Shown: positions 18,087-28,323 of the stretch, piece by piece
How positions within the stretch are numbered: the first letter of the stretch is position 1
Layout: each line of letters begins with the position of its first letter
From: a virus
Lineage: Duplodnaviria; Caudoviricetes
Reading direction: 5' to 3' (one strand)
Length of the DNA stretch: 61,892 nt
Virus record (IMG/VR): IMGVR_UViG_3300033741_000103
Coordinates: 1 to 61,892 of that record
The notes under the pieces: model-generated
Seen by the model: the letters and a program-made list of their open reading frames with translations, nothing else
What the model was told of the DNA's origin: nothing
Database searches by the model: none
Program-made: the position numbers and the translations under genes

Positions 18087-18731
18087 TCATCCCGCGATGC
18101 GCTGGATCCGCTTGCGGAACAGATAGGCCAGTGCAGCCAGCGAAATGAACAGACCGCCAGCGACAAGCGCCTGAACTGTCGGGTCAAGGCTCCCAATGGC
18201 GCTAATCACACCGCCAGACGCGATAACAGCCCCGCCAGCGCCTACAAGCACGCCCTTGGCCTCACTATCCCCTGAGACAGTGCTTGCCTCACGGGGCGTC
18301 TCTTTTACGAAGTCTGGCGTTGGAGTGTTCTTGGGGAATGATGCACCCCAGCGGGCGACAGATCCTCGATCATCGACATGCACGAAATTCTGGCGCGGAT
18401 AAGTGCCAATGGCAGAGAACCCGACCTTGATCGCCGCCGCGATATATTCCGCCGGATTGTGGTTATCCATCCGAACATCGAAGGCGAGCCCTTCCAAGTG
18501 CTTGCTGCCCTTGGCGCCGCCGACCGCCTTGTTGTGCTCAGGGCTGCGATAGGCGCTGTTGACGATCATCGGACGGCCAAGCAGATCCCGCAGCGCCTGC
18601 AGCTTGTCCATCGCGCTCGGCACGATCATCAGACGGCCAGTCCCTCGGCACGCCATTTCCTGTGGGCTGAAACTCGGCCAGCGCCACTGGCTCATCGGAT
18701 AGTCTTTCCAGTTTGCGTAGATCTTGGTCAT
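18087..18731 (-). CDS. Endolysin, peptidase M15A/YcbK family, with C-terminal hydrophobic helices
   Basis: NSAYRSPEHN, SKHLEGLAFD, FVHVD. Confidence 0.85.
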   Translation of the reverse strand: MTKIYANWKDYPMSQWRWPSFSPQEMACRGTGRLMIVPSAMDKLQALRDLLGRPMIVNSAYRSPEHNKAVGGAKGSKHLEGLAFDVRMDNHNPAEYIAAAIKVGFSAIGTYPRQNFVHVDDRGSVARWGASFPKNTPTPDFVKETPREASTVSGDSEAKGVLVGAGGAVIASGGVISAIGSLDPTVQALVAGGLFISLAALAYLFRKRIQRIAG

Positions 18732-19126
18732 TCTGCGATTCCTCTGCCAAAGAGCCGACCGGGAAAAAAAGGCGCGGTCAGCCAGTTATAGTATTCACGT
18801 TCGCTTGCCGGGAGGCTTCGATGCAGCGCGGCCAGCGCAGCCAATGCAGCCATAGCTGCCCAGATGTTGAAGCCGGTATTTAACAGCTCCCACCAGATGT
18901 TTTGATCTGCGGGTGGCATGACGCCGACCGTGCCCAAAAAGGGCCGCAGCAGATCCCACCAGAACATGCGTGAAACCGCCAAGGCCGACACCATGAACAC
19001 GCTCAGCCGCATCAAATCATACTTGTTAAGGTTTGGTCGTATACGGACATACGGTCCCAAGCCGCGCAGCACCAATGCCATCAGAAACATGGCGATCAGC
19101 GCTGAGACTTCGTTCATATAGCTCAT
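18728..19126 (-). CDS. Multi-TM membrane protein (holin/antiholin candidate)
   Basis: Three hydrophobic segments; lysis cassette. Confidence 0.6.
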   Translation of the reverse strand: MSYMNEVSALIAMFLMALVLRGLGPYVRIRPNLNKYDLMRLSVFMVSALAVSRMFWWDLLRPFLGTVGVMPPADQNIWWELLNTGFNIWAAMAALAALAALHRSLPASEREYYNWLTAPFFPGRLFGRGIAE

Positions 19127-19314
19127 TTTGGTTTCACCCTTTCCGGCAAAATACCTTTGTCAAAAAGGTCATTAACTTCACGTTGTCGATATTTTATGGC
19201 GCGCTCGAGGCGCTGGCGTGTGGCCTCAGCAACTTCCATTGCCTGAACCGCATCAACTGCTTCCCGCGTAGGTGGCGCGGCCTTGCCGAATACCTGCGAG
19301 AAAAAGCTAACCAT
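19123..19314 (-). CDS. Hypothetical protein
   Basis: Coupled ORF in lysis cassette. Confidence 0.5.
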   Translation of the reverse strand: MVSFFSQVFGKAAPPTREAVDAVQAMEVAEATRQRLERAIKYRQREVNDLFDKGILPERVKPK

Positions 19315-19525
19315 TGTTTTTACCCCGCACAGCATCGATGGTATTTTCCATTGTTTTTGTGACGGCGGCGAGTTGTTCTGATTGCCGCCTTTGATCGTCA
19401 AGACGCCCGTTGATCTGATCCATAAGCTGCGTCCATATGGCCCGGATCACAAAGCCCTCGAGAACGATGAACAGACCGGGCAGCCCGTAGGTTTCGAGAA
19501 AGGCCGGGATGTCGATACCATCCAT
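19307..19525 (-). CDS. Single-TM holin-like protein
   Basis: N-terminal TM plus coiled coil; GGAG RBS. Confidence 0.55.
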   Translation of the reverse strand: MDGIDIPAFLETYGLPGLFIVLEGFVIRAIWTQLMDQINGRLDDQRRQSEQLAAVTKTMENTIDAVRGKNNG

Positions 19526-19588
19526 AAATCTGCTCCAGTTGGTCGAGTTTACACAATTACGCCGCGATCAGGACCGCGGCGCGTAACA

Positions 19589-19864
19589 TTATTTCCAACC
19601 CGGCCGATATTCCGGTTCCTCAGCTGATTTCGCCATATGGCCGGGATCGATCTTATCCAGAAGCCACCCCAGCGCGCGCCACCCCAGCTTATCCGATTGC
19701 TTGGCCGCGCGGGCGCTTACGGTTTCGCGGGCATCGCCACCGCACCAAGCGTTTAAAAGCTGGTCGGCGGCGATCAGCACATTCCACCATCGCCGCGACC
19801 AAGCGCGCCGCCCGTAGATCATCAGCACGGCGATCTCTAGCGCGGCTAAGGCAATCCAGATCAC
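19589..19864 (-). CDS. Small phage membrane protein
   Basis: DQLLNAWCGGD...ETVSAR...IDPGH. Confidence 0.6.
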   Translation of the reverse strand: MIWIALAALEIAVLMIYGRRAWSRRWWNVLIAADQLLNAWCGGDARETVSARAAKQSDKLGWRALGWLLDKIDPGHMAKSAEEPEYRPGWK

Positions 19865-20385
19865 GCACCAATGCCGAAAATAGCGTCCATCGTCGTTTCA
19901 GTCTCGGCGGCCGGCAAAAGCCATGATGCGAAGGTGAGAAGAAACGTATCCATGCGATCCACCTGAGACGATGCTGACCATGCAATCTGCACGTCGCGTT
20001 TCTGAGGCGCAGTCAGGAGGTCAAGGAAAGATGCCATCGCGGTCGGCCACTCCCCCTTGGCTGCGGCAATCGCGTCAGCGTCAGTCAGGATACCGCGTGT
20101 TGCAACTTCGTTCAGAAATTGCACTTTCGACATGGACTTAGCAGCGCGCTCGGCGGCCAGTAATTCGGCTGCAGTGGGTTCCGGCACCACCTCGGGGGCG
20201 GGTGGCGCAGGAATGACAACCCATGCCCCATCCACTATCTGAGCAGTTTCGCCATTGCTCAAGCTGGGTGGCTTGGCTTTATAAGCCCCGCCCGGAATGA
20301 GGAACACGCCCGGCTCTAGCGGGCTTTCCTGTGCCGTTGTCTCGCCGATGTAGAATCCATCGAAGTCGGTTTGATAAACTTTCAT
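19861..20385 (-). CDS. Tail fibre assembly-like protein
   Basis: MKVYQTD...ESPLEPGVFLIPGGA; follows the fibre gene. Confidence 0.7.
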   Translation of the reverse strand: MKVYQTDFDGFYIGETTAQESPLEPGVFLIPGGAYKAKPPSLSNGETAQIVDGAWVVIPAPPAPEVVPEPTAAELLAAERAAKSMSKVQFLNEVATRGILTDADAIAAAKGEWPTAMASFLDLLTAPQKRDVQIAWSASSQVDRMDTFLLTFASWLLPAAETETTMDAIFGIGA

Positions 20386-20395
20386 TGCCCTGCCC

Positions 20396-21073
20396 TTAAT
20401 ACTTGATGCACCAGAGAACCGCGAGGTTCCGCACGCGCGTTTCGCCAGTCCCGTAGGCGTCGAGGTTTCGGGTTCCTAAGTTCTGGCCTGTGGATGAGTA
20501 AACAAATCCGGCGCCTGTGGAGGTGCCAGCGTTAAAAACGGTGTAGGCCGTCTCTTGGTGGGCGCCGACGCGGTCGGCCTGCTCCGTACCGATGACCCGG
20601 CCCGTATCAACGCCACGTCCATCATCAAGACCCCGCAGCACAACCGCGCGACCCTCTGGCACGTTAAAGGTCGTTGAGCCGTTGCCCGCGCCGAATGAAG
20701 TTCCAATCGCAGTAAACAGATCAGCGTAGGTTGTCCTAGAAACAGCGGCGAAGTTGCATTTTATCGTTTCTGGTGGTGGCGTGAGCCCTCCGTATGGGAT
20801 CAACGTACCCGGCTGCACACCTTGCGCAGTAGAAGCAGCCAGTGCGGCGATCGCTTCTGCTGTCCGAAGTGCCGTCATAATCTTCGTATTGTCGGTCCCA
20901 GCCTCAGCTTGGAGCTGCGTTGCGAGTGCAAAGAAGTCGTTAGGATCAACGGCATTGAACTGATCCAGCATCGAGCCGGTAATCCACGCGAGGAGGTTCA
21001 GCGCCTTCGTGTTGAATGTCGCCGGATCATCCAGACCCGGAACCGGCGGCTGACCTGTAATTGGAATTGTCAT
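20396..21073 (-). CDS. Tail fibre protein with collar domain
   Basis: VSRTTYADLFTAIGT...GSTTFNVP...RGLDDGRGVD, ETRVRN...CIKY. Confidence 0.85.
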   Translation of the reverse strand: MTIPITGQPPVPGLDDPATFNTKALNLLAWITGSMLDQFNAVDPNDFFALATQLQAEAGTDNTKIMTALRTAEAIAALAASTAQGVQPGTLIPYGGLTPPPETIKCNFAAVSRTTYADLFTAIGTSFGAGNGSTTFNVPEGRAVVLRGLDDGRGVDTGRVIGTEQADRVGAHQETAYTVFNAGTSTGAGFVYSSTGQNLGTRNLDAYGTGETRVRNLAVLWCIKY

Positions 21074-21981
21074 CAGGCGAGTCCTTCTACTTTTAGATTT
21101 GCGAATGAGGCACCGCTGGCAGACAGCGGAATGTCGAAGTCTTGAAAGAAGCCGTAGGTTTGCGCCCCGTAACCAACTGCATCAGCCGAGATAAAATAGA
21201 GCGACGGGTAGGCGCGCAGGCTGCTGAGGATATTGCGCACCCGGCGCCCGTCCTCCGTTCTCAGGTAGAATTGAAAGGTGGTCGTGTCGGCAAAAGCCCG
21301 TTCGACAATTATCGCATTGCCGAAAGCATCCCGTTCTTTGGTCGAGAAGTCCCGAATACCGATCGTTGTATTGGTCAACGTCTCGCCGAGAACATAGGTC
21401 GGCCCAAGGAGGATCTGGCCGATACTGACGATGCTGCTCGCGTTGACCGCCGATAAGGTGATTGTGACGGTGTTGCCGGGGTAGCCCAGCACGTCATCGA
21501 AGATAGTATCGCCGACGTCCTCCAGTGAAATATCGGTCGTGAAGAACGTCCAGTAATCCACGATAGCCGAATTGGTAAAACGGTTGATCGTTCGCGTATA
21601 GATGACGTTCGCGCTGCTATCCGTGATCGTCACATCCACAATCGCCGCGCCGACATTCAAAAGCGCGATACCTGATACCGGCTTATCGAAAACCAGCTCA
21701 TAGGTGATTGTGTCGAGCTGGGATGTCAGCTGGTGGATCTTGGTGTCGAAAGACCGCCAGCGATTATTAAACCCCATGTCGAGCCAGTTGGTCCCGTCGT
21801 CGGTTCGGGGGTCGTTCCCAGTATTGCTGTCGATGACGGAACGGTAAACGCGATGATCCAGCATCACGTCATCATCGACAGCATAGGTTGTCCCGATCAG
21901 CCAAGTGGCTGCGTCATCCTCTGGCACGTTGCTGGTAATCAGCACCGTGTCAGTGACTGGGAGTGGTTTAATGACCTTCAT
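21073..21981 (-). CDS. Distal tail / tail-tip protein
   Basis: Directly after the TMP; GIRDFSTKERDAFG; N-terminal CBM-like segment. Confidence 0.65.
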   Translation of the reverse strand: MKVIKPLPVTDTVLITSNVPEDDAATWLIGTTYAVDDDVMLDHRVYRSVIDSNTGNDPRTDDGTNWLDMGFNNRWRSFDTKIHQLTSQLDTITYELVFDKPVSGIALLNVGAAIVDVTITDSSANVIYTRTINRFTNSAIVDYWTFFTTDISLEDVGDTIFDDVLGYPGNTVTITLSAVNASSIVSIGQILLGPTYVLGETLTNTTIGIRDFSTKERDAFGNAIIVERAFADTTTFQFYLRTEDGRRVRNILSSLRAYPSLYFISADAVGYGAQTYGFFQDFDIPLSASGASFANLKVEGLA

Positions 21982-21984
21982 GGA

Positions 21985-24900
21985 TTACGCCCTTTCCTTC
22001 GGCATACCGACAGCTTCCCATCTTGCCAGTGTATTGGCTTGCTCTTTTTGGAACCGATCAGCGCGCAAGAGAAGATCGCGGTTCTCTTGGCGCAGACCGG
22101 CCATTTCCGCCTGCAGCGCGACCAGCCCTTTCTCGAGCATATCATTGCGGGCGGCCTGCGCATCCCTGACCTGAGCGCTAACCGCTGCGGCCCCAAGATC
22201 CTCAGTGGACCCGAGGGACGCACCACCGCCGACGCCCAGCTGCGACAACACCTTGGACGCAATGCCACGATATTCCAGATGACTGCCGGATCCCTCCTGA
22301 GCCACGCGCAGATACTCCCGGACGGCATTGATGTCGCCCTTTTTCGCCGCCTCGATCGCATCCTCGACATTCATCCCACCGCGCGCCGCTTTCTGCGCGT
22401 AGCTGGACGCCGCGAGCTGCGCATCATTCAGCAGATCCTTGACCAGCTGGCGGGTGGCATCCGTTACCGCATCGAAGGCAGGTAGAATTGTGGACAAACC
22501 GCCCGACAAGCTGAGGACGCTGGCGTAGAGGGTCGCGCCCGCCTCAGTCGTGATGTCGATACTCTCGACCAGCGCGCGGAAGGCATCGCGGCTGGTGGGA
22601 AGCGCAAAGCCCAGATCCGCAAAGGAACTGGTGAGATCTCTGGTTACATGCGCTACGCGCTCGGCTTCGCTGTAGAAATTCTGATAGTAGCCGCTCGAGA
22701 TCTCCACCATCGCCTCAAGCGTGCCGAAGGCGTCGACCAGCTGCGACGCCGTTGCTGCGCCGGTCAATGAGACATCCATCAGGGTACGGTCCAGCGTTGC
22801 GAAGATCGTATTGACCCCGTTCAGGCTGGTGGCAAGCCGCTGCAATGTCAGGGCAGCAGTTTCACCTTCCTTGGCGAAGGGCGCCGAGTTAAATAGCGCA
22901 CCGGCCATACCATCAGCGACTGCACTCAGGGCGCGCTGAAACTCCGCATCAAGTGCCGCCTGATCAAACGCATCTTTCGCATGGCCGTAGCCAAAGGCCA
23001 CCGCTGCGAAATTGTCGATATTGTTGGTCGCAAGACCAAGGCTATCGGCCATCTCGAGCGTGTTGCTTCGGATTGAGGCCACAGCGCTTTGCAAGCCGGA
23101 ACTCATTTCCGGCGGCAGCCAATCGAACCGGCCCGTTTTACCGCTGCTCAGATAGCCGCCCTTGTAGTGGCGCAGCTGATACTCGGTCTGGATCCCGCCG
23201 CCACCCAAGGTGCCGCCATATCCGCTTGAGGCATATTCGCGCTTCGTGGCCCCTTTCAGGAATTTGAACGCGGCATAGGCTGCGATTGCATAAGGCGCGA
23301 CTGCGCCAACCGCTGCCCCGATCGATGCCACGCTGCCACCGGCCAGCGCCGTGCCAACCTGCGCACCGGCGGAGGCGATACCCGACATCAAACCGCCGCC
23401 CGCGCCGAAGGTCGCCGCAATCGTATTGCTGAAACCAGACGCGAAAGCACCGCCAAGCCCGCTGATGCTGCTCAGTAGGCCGCCGCCACCACTACCGCCG
23501 CCGGTCAGCGTGCTGAGAAGCCCACCACTGCCGCCGGTTGCCGCCGCCGCCGCACCGCCAATCCCGCTAGAGCCGACGCCAAGACCGATCAGGATCTTGT
23601 TGCGCGCGGCCGTCGAGATCATCTGAACCAGCAGGTTTTTGAAGCTGCTAAGGATGCTGTCGGTGAACTTGTCGAAATCTTTGAAGCCACTCGCCATCCA
23701 CTCGCCCCAAGCGTCAGCGACGTCATTGACCAGAGGCAGTTGATCCGCGAGGCCGTCATTGAGCTTGTCGAGTTGCTTGTTGTAGGCGCCATCCGACAGA
23801 CCCGCATCCAAAAGACCGTTCAGCGTTGCCAGCTCAGAGTTATATTTCTTCACCGGGTCAGCATCGAGCTCCATGCGCTCAAGCTCATCAGCCAGATCCT
23901 TGGCCGACTTAGCCGCCTTGCTCAGCCCACCGGCCGCGCCACCCGTCTTGCTGCCGCCGCCCGCAGCTGTACCCACTGCATTGAGCGCGGAAACCTTGTC
24001 CGAATAGGCTTTGTTGAGGTTCTGGACGTTGGTGTATTCCTCGACCTGACGATTGATCAGGCCAGAAATATAGACGTCCTCGGCGACGTTCGCCGCATCT
24101 GCCAAGCCGTATTGCTGTTCAAGCTCTTTGCGATAGCCCTCAGCGCCCGCCGTGATCACCCCATAGCCAGAGTCGATCGCGTTGATCTGAGCGGTCAGCT
24201 GGGCCGCACGGTTCTGGAACCCTTGGATCCCGGCAGGGGCCGCCGCGAGGTTATTCGCAACCTGCATGGCCGCGCTGGCCGCCGCTGATAGCTGGCTGGC
24301 AAGACGACCGGCGGCCGTGCCTGCGGAAAAGGCAGACTCGCCGACGCGGTTCATCGAATCCACGACGTCCTCGGTATTCTCGCCAAGCAGGACCGTTTCG
24401 CCAGAAGCATCCCTGAGATAGGCTTTGAGCAGATCCAGCTCAGCGACAGCCTTATCGTATTCAGGGCCGACAAGCCCGGCCGCTTCCACGATCTCAGTCT
24501 GCACAGCAACCGCCGTTTGCAGTTTACCGATCCAGTCCTGATAGCTCGCCAGATCCTCGTCAGACATGCCCATGCCGGAACTGATCAGGTTCTGGTAGGT
24601 GCTGATCACGTCACGCGCCTGCCCGGCGGTATTCGCGGCTTGCAGATACCTCTCCGACAGCATCGACTGAGCGACAGCCTCTTGGCGGGCGACATCGATC
24701 GCACGCAGGCTGGTTTCGATCAGCGCAATTTTCGACCCGAGCACGTCATAGGACACCTTGCCCATCTCAAGCAGGCGGTTCGATAGCTGCAAAGCCTGCC
24801 GCGCCTCTTGGTTCATAGCGTCAGCAGCTGCGATGACAGCCGCTTCGATAGGATCATGCTTCGTGAAGAACTCGGACACCGCAGCCGTTAGGGCGGTCAA

Positions 24901-26004
24901 CTCACGCGCAAAGCCCGTTACGACCACCAGAGCGCCCCGGATGATATAGGTCAGACCAGCTTCGCCCAGCGCGATCGCAAGCCCCTCGAGCGCAGACTTT
25001 GCCGCCAAGGCATCACCCGCGAGATTGTCGCGCATGATTGCCGCCATCTCGGATGCCGCGCCTTTGGTGTCCCGCAATTCGTCGCCGAAATCGCTGACCC
25101 GATCGCCCGCATCGATCAGCACAAGTGCGCCAGACGCCGCCTCTCGACCAAACAGCGTCATCGCATCGGCCGTGTTGATGCCTGCCGCTCCGAGCGCCTG
25201 CATTGCCCCGGCCAGACCATGCGTCTGAGGATCGATGTCAGCCGCCGTCAGGCCGTAGCTCTTGAGCACATCGCGGGCTTGGGTGGTAGGGCCAGCCAAA
25301 GAGGCCATAACGCCCCTCAGCGCCGTGCCTGCACGCGAGCCTTGGATACCTGCATCGGACAGGATGCCGATCGCTGCGGCCGTATCTGCCAGATCGATCT
25401 CAAGGGCCGCCGCGATAGGGGCAACGGTCGACATCGCAGATCCGAGCTGAGACACGTCAGTATTCGCGCGGGATGCAGCTGCAGCAAGCACGTCGCTGAC
25501 AACGGACGCATTTTCAGCTGCAATGCCAAAACCGGACATGATGTTGGACGCCGTATCAGCCGCTTGACCAAGGCCAAGGCCGGCGGCCGTCGCAAGATCC
25601 AGAACAGCTGGCAAGGCTTTGATGCTTTCGGTCGCCGTGAAACCGGCCATGCCGAGGAATTTCAAACCATCAGCCGCTTGCGCCGCGCTGAACTCGGTTG
25701 TGGATCCAAGCTCCTTAGCGATGTCGCGCATACTCTCCAGCTCGCTGGCCGTGGCGCGCGTGATTGCCGCGACCTGAGACATCGAGCTTTCAAATTCACG
25801 GATCACGCTCACCGCCGCCCCGAGAGACGCCATAGCGCCGACGGCGGCCCCAACCGCCAGCGCCATGCCACCAAAGGCTTTCTTTGCAACGCCAGCCGCG
25901 CCTGCGGCTTTCTTGCCGGATCCCGAAAAACCATCCAATTCGCGATTGGCTTGGCGGATCTGTCTGGAGTCGACCTCAAGTCCCAGCTCTGCAACGTCTC
26001 TCAT
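21985..26004 (-). CDS. Tail tape measure protein (TP901-type core)
   Basis: 1339 aa, Ala-rich; TTEFSAAQAADG, GIQGSRAGTALR. Confidence 0.95.
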   Translation of the reverse strand: MRDVAELGLEVDSRQIRQANRELDGFSGSGKKAAGAAGVAKKAFGGMALAVGAAVGAMASLGAAVSVIREFESSMSQVAAITRATASELESMRDIAKELGSTTEFSAAQAADGLKFLGMAGFTATESIKALPAVLDLATAAGLGLGQAADTASNIMSGFGIAAENASVVSDVLAAAASRANTDVSQLGSAMSTVAPIAAALEIDLADTAAAIGILSDAGIQGSRAGTALRGVMASLAGPTTQARDVLKSYGLTAADIDPQTHGLAGAMQALGAAGINTADAMTLFGREAASGALVLIDAGDRVSDFGDELRDTKGAASEMAAIMRDNLAGDALAAKSALEGLAIALGEAGLTYIIRGALVVVTGFARELTALTAAVSEFFTKHDPIEAAVIAAADAMNQEARQALQLSNRLLEMGKVSYDVLGSKIALIETSLRAIDVARQEAVAQSMLSERYLQAANTAGQARDVISTYQNLISSGMGMSDEDLASYQDWIGKLQTAVAVQTEIVEAAGLVGPEYDKAVAELDLLKAYLRDASGETVLLGENTEDVVDSMNRVGESAFSAGTAAGRLASQLSAAASAAMQVANNLAAAPAGIQGFQNRAAQLTAQINAIDSGYGVITAGAEGYRKELEQQYGLADAANVAEDVYISGLINRQVEEYTNVQNLNKAYSDKVSALNAVGTAAGGGSKTGGAAGGLSKAAKSAKDLADELERMELDADPVKKYNSELATLNGLLDAGLSDGAYNKQLDKLNDGLADQLPLVNDVADAWGEWMASGFKDFDKFTDSILSSFKNLLVQMISTAARNKILIGLGVGSSGIGGAAAAATGGSGGLLSTLTGGGSGGGGLLSSISGLGGAFASGFSNTIAATFGAGGGLMSGIASAGAQVGTALAGGSVASIGAAVGAVAPYAIAAYAAFKFLKGATKREYASSGYGGTLGGGGIQTEYQLRHYKGGYLSSGKTGRFDWLPPEMSSGLQSAVASIRSNTLEMADSLGLATNNIDNFAAVAFGYGHAKDAFDQAALDAEFQRALSAVADGMAGALFNSAPFAKEGETAALTLQRLATSLNGVNTIFATLDRTLMDVSLTGAATASQLVDAFGTLEAMVEISSGYYQNFYSEAERVAHVTRDLTSSFADLGFALPTSRDAFRALVESIDITTEAGATLYASVLSLSGGLSTILPAFDAVTDATRQLVKDLLNDAQLAASSYAQKAARGGMNVEDAIEAAKKGDINAVREYLRVAQEGSGSHLEYRGIASKVLSQLGVGGGASLGSTEDLGAAAVSAQVRDAQAARNDMLEKGLVALQAEMAGLRQENRDLLLRADRFQKEQANTLARWEAVGMPKERA

Positions 26005-26007
26005 CGT

Positions 26008-26427
26008 TTAATCCCTTTCCCAAGGTGGTATTGAAAGTGGCAGTTTTCCCTCATCGAACCCAGCTTTGAAGGCCGCGCAGATTTTCGCGACCAGCGCCGC
26101 CTCTTGCCAAGTTTCGATAGGTGAGCCCGGCATACCGACTGCCGGGAGGATCTGGGAAAGCGGGATTGCGACCATGTCGCCCATTCCCGCTGGGGCCAGA
26201 AAGCCCAGATCCCTTGCCGCCTTGTATAGCCCGAAACCGTCTTTGATCTCGGGCCATACTGGTTTTTTGCCCAGCTTGATCAGATGCACAGCGCGATTGA
26301 AGGGCATGCGCTGCACATCCTTGCCGGTATCCATCTCCGCATGAGAGGACAGCCAGCCGATCGTAAAAGCGGCGTCGATTAACTCTCGGCTACGGGTCGC
26401 TTCCAGTGCGACTTCTTGCCCAAAAAA
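26008..26427 (-). CDS. Tail assembly chaperone, -1 frameshift extension (gpGT-like)
   Basis: The -1 frame is open from the slippery site at 26427 into ORF 26334-26008. Confidence 0.75.
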   Translation of the reverse strand, partial: FFGQEVALEATRSRELIDAAFTIGWLSSHAEMDTGKDVQRMPFNRAVHLIKLGKKPVWPEIKDGFGLYKAARDLGFLAPAGMGDMVAIPLSQILPAVGMPGSPIETWQEAALVAKICAAFKAGFDEGKLPLSIPPWERD

Positions 26428-26855
26428 GTGTCAGCCTTCGCCCTTATCCAAGCGCGGTTTTTGAACAGCTTGAGCGCATTGTTGCGCGAGAACTCCAGAA
26501 CTTCCGGCTCGGCGTCCTCGTCGTCCAACTTGTCCGTCTCGAGATAGGTGATGTTGCGCCATCCCGTCACCAGATCCGCATAGAACTCGGCCTGCACGGC
26601 TTCGTTCTTGGTTGCCAGCTCAAGAATCTCCTCGGCGCTCATATCCTTTGAGGATCTGCTTTCGCCATCCTTGCGGTTCATGGCCTTGACCATGCGCGTG
26701 CCAGCCTTGCGGCCGGTCAGGCTTTCGACGCCAAGAAAATCAATCTCGATCTTCTCGCCGTTCAGGAAAAGCCCCTCGTTATCGTAGGGGTCAGTCAGGT
26801 GCATCGTCGCGCTGCGCTCGGCGTCGTTGCGGGTATCAATTCGGGCCATATCCAT
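26379..26855 (-). CDS. Tail assembly chaperone (gpG-like)
   Basis: Between tail tube and TMP; LVTGWRNI. Confidence 0.8.
   Translation of the reverse strand: MDMARIDTRNDAERSATMHLTDPYDNEGLFLNGEKIEIDFLGVESLTGRKAGTRMVKAMNRKDGESRSSKDMSAEEILELATKNEAVQAEFYADLVTGWRNITYLETDKLDDEDAEPEVLEFSRNNALKLFKNRAWIRAKADTFLGKKSHWKRPVAES
26421..26427 (-). other. Programmed -1 frameshift slippery site T TTT TTG
   Basis: In-frame XXXYYYZ heptamer near the chaperone 3' end. Confidence 0.7.
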
Positions 26856-26970
26856 TTGGCGTACTCCATAAGGTTTCTGGTTTCATAGAAAGGGATGCCG
26901 GTGAAACCAACCCCGGCACCCCCCCTCTCACCCTGCGCTTAGAGTGGTGGAACTCCGCGCGCCGGATCTC

Positions 26971-27411
26971 TTAGGTGGTGACGCGAACCGTGCCGGTCTG
27001 GCCGCGGATCGTGAAAGACGCACCTTTGAACGAATTGGGCGTGCGCTCATTGTCGCGGTAATTCGCGATGACGCCCTGAAAGTAAACATCTTCGCCGTCT
27101 GCATCGGTGACGCCGAAGCTGATTGTGGTGTTGTTGTTCGCATTGTCGCGGATCAGGGTCTGACCCGTATCCGTGTTATCGACCTCGACCGTCACAGCGA
27201 TTTCGCCCAGATCCTTCACGCCGTTGACGTGAGATTTCCGGCCCGGCTTGAGAAGGTCAAAGCTGACATCCTCAGACGTGTCGCCGATTTCGCCAATGGT
27301 CAGGATCTTGCCGACCTCGACCAGCGTAAGGGCTGTGTAGCCCGACATATCCTCGGTCGCAGGAGCGCCTGCGAAAGCGCTCAGTGTTGAGCCAACGTAA
27401 GTAATAGACAT
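26971..27411 (-). CDS. Major tail (tube) protein
   Basis: AGAPATED...IGEIGD...HVNGVKD; AGGAG RBS; position. Confidence 0.85.
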   Translation of the reverse strand: MSITYVGSTLSAFAGAPATEDMSGYTALTLVEVGKILTIGEIGDTSEDVSFDLLKPGRKSHVNGVKDLGEIAVTVEVDNTDTGQTLIRDNANNNTTISFGVTDADGEDVYFQGVIANYRDNERTPNSFKGASFTIRGQTGTVRVTT

Positions 27412-27487
27412 TTTGAAACTCCTATGCCTCTGGATGATCCCGGCGTTCACCCGCATAGGGGAACCGCCTCGCCGGGTAAGGCGGTAT

Positions 27488-27889
27488 TCAGGTGGCTGTG
27501 GCCGCGTATCTCAGCGCGACTGGTAGCCGGTATGCTGTATCGTCTGGGTAGGCCGCCACGTCAGCGCTTGGCGCCTGCGTGATCGTCACTACCCCAGACA
27601 GGATAACAAGTCTCAGGGTCTTGGGCATTAAGAGGCGAATGGCGTCGTAGATGTCGAGCCCCGCATCCTCGCCCAGTCCCTTTTCAGTGCAGATGACGAT
27701 GTTCATCGTGCCGACCTCGCGATCGATGTCGCCGTTCAGCGACTCGTCATCATTGATCCTCGAGCTGAACACGACCTCAAGGCGCGGGAGGGTCGAGGTA
27801 TCGAAATTGATATTCGGCCAAGCCTCAGAAGCCAGATTGCCCGTTGCCAGTTTGGCCTTGAGCGCGTTCGAGATGTCCTTGCGGTTCAT
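27488..27889 (-). CDS. Tail terminator-like protein
   Basis: AWPN motif; before the tail tube gene. Confidence 0.65.
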   Translation of the reverse strand: MNRKDISNALKAKLATGNLASEAWPNINFDTSTLPRLEVVFSSRINDDESLNGDIDREVGTMNIVICTEKGLGEDAGLDIYDAIRLLMPKTLRLVILSGVVTITQAPSADVAAYPDDTAYRLPVALRYAATAT

Positions 27890-28323
27890 GGGATCATTGC
27901 TTTCGCTCTTGTGACGGCCTTGCTGACATATCCCGGCCATTTGCCTGCCGCGACATCGCGCCAGAAAGTGCCGGGATAGCCGTTGAAGCCGTAATGAATT
28001 GGCCGGGCATAGGGCGCGTTACCACCACCCCAGCCAAATGTCGCCAGATCGCCGCCTCTCATCGCGCCGACGACCAGTGTGTAGCTGCCCCGCCCGGTCC
28101 CGCTCAGCGGCGTGGATCCGTAGAGGGTCGATTGCAGGGAGCCTGCCAGCGCGCCGAAATCTCTCGGGATCGCGCCCCGTTTCGGACTGCCGCCGCGTGC
28201 GATACCCGGCACGACCTCGATCCCATTCATCAGATCGTTCGTGGCTTGCTTGACGATTGCATCCAGCCGCCGCCGGGTTTTCCCCGTCCAAGCGTCCAGA
28301 TCTGCCATTGAGTAGCGGGTCAT
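27886..28323 (-). CDS. HK97 gp10-like neck/tail-completion protein
   Basis: PRDFGALAGS, APYARPIHYG. Confidence 0.7.
   Translation of the reverse strand: MTRYSMADLDAWTGKTRRRLDAIVKQATNDLMNGIEVVPGIARGGSPKRGAIPRDFGALAGSLQSTLYGSTPLSGTGRGSYTLVVGAMRGGDLATFGWGGGNAPYARPIHYGFNGYPGTFWRDVAAGKWPGYVSKAVTRAKAMIP

Noticed and set aside
19861-21073. Diversity-generating retroelement or invertible tail-fibre switch
   Set aside because: No reverse transcriptase, invertase or template/variable repeat pair was seen.
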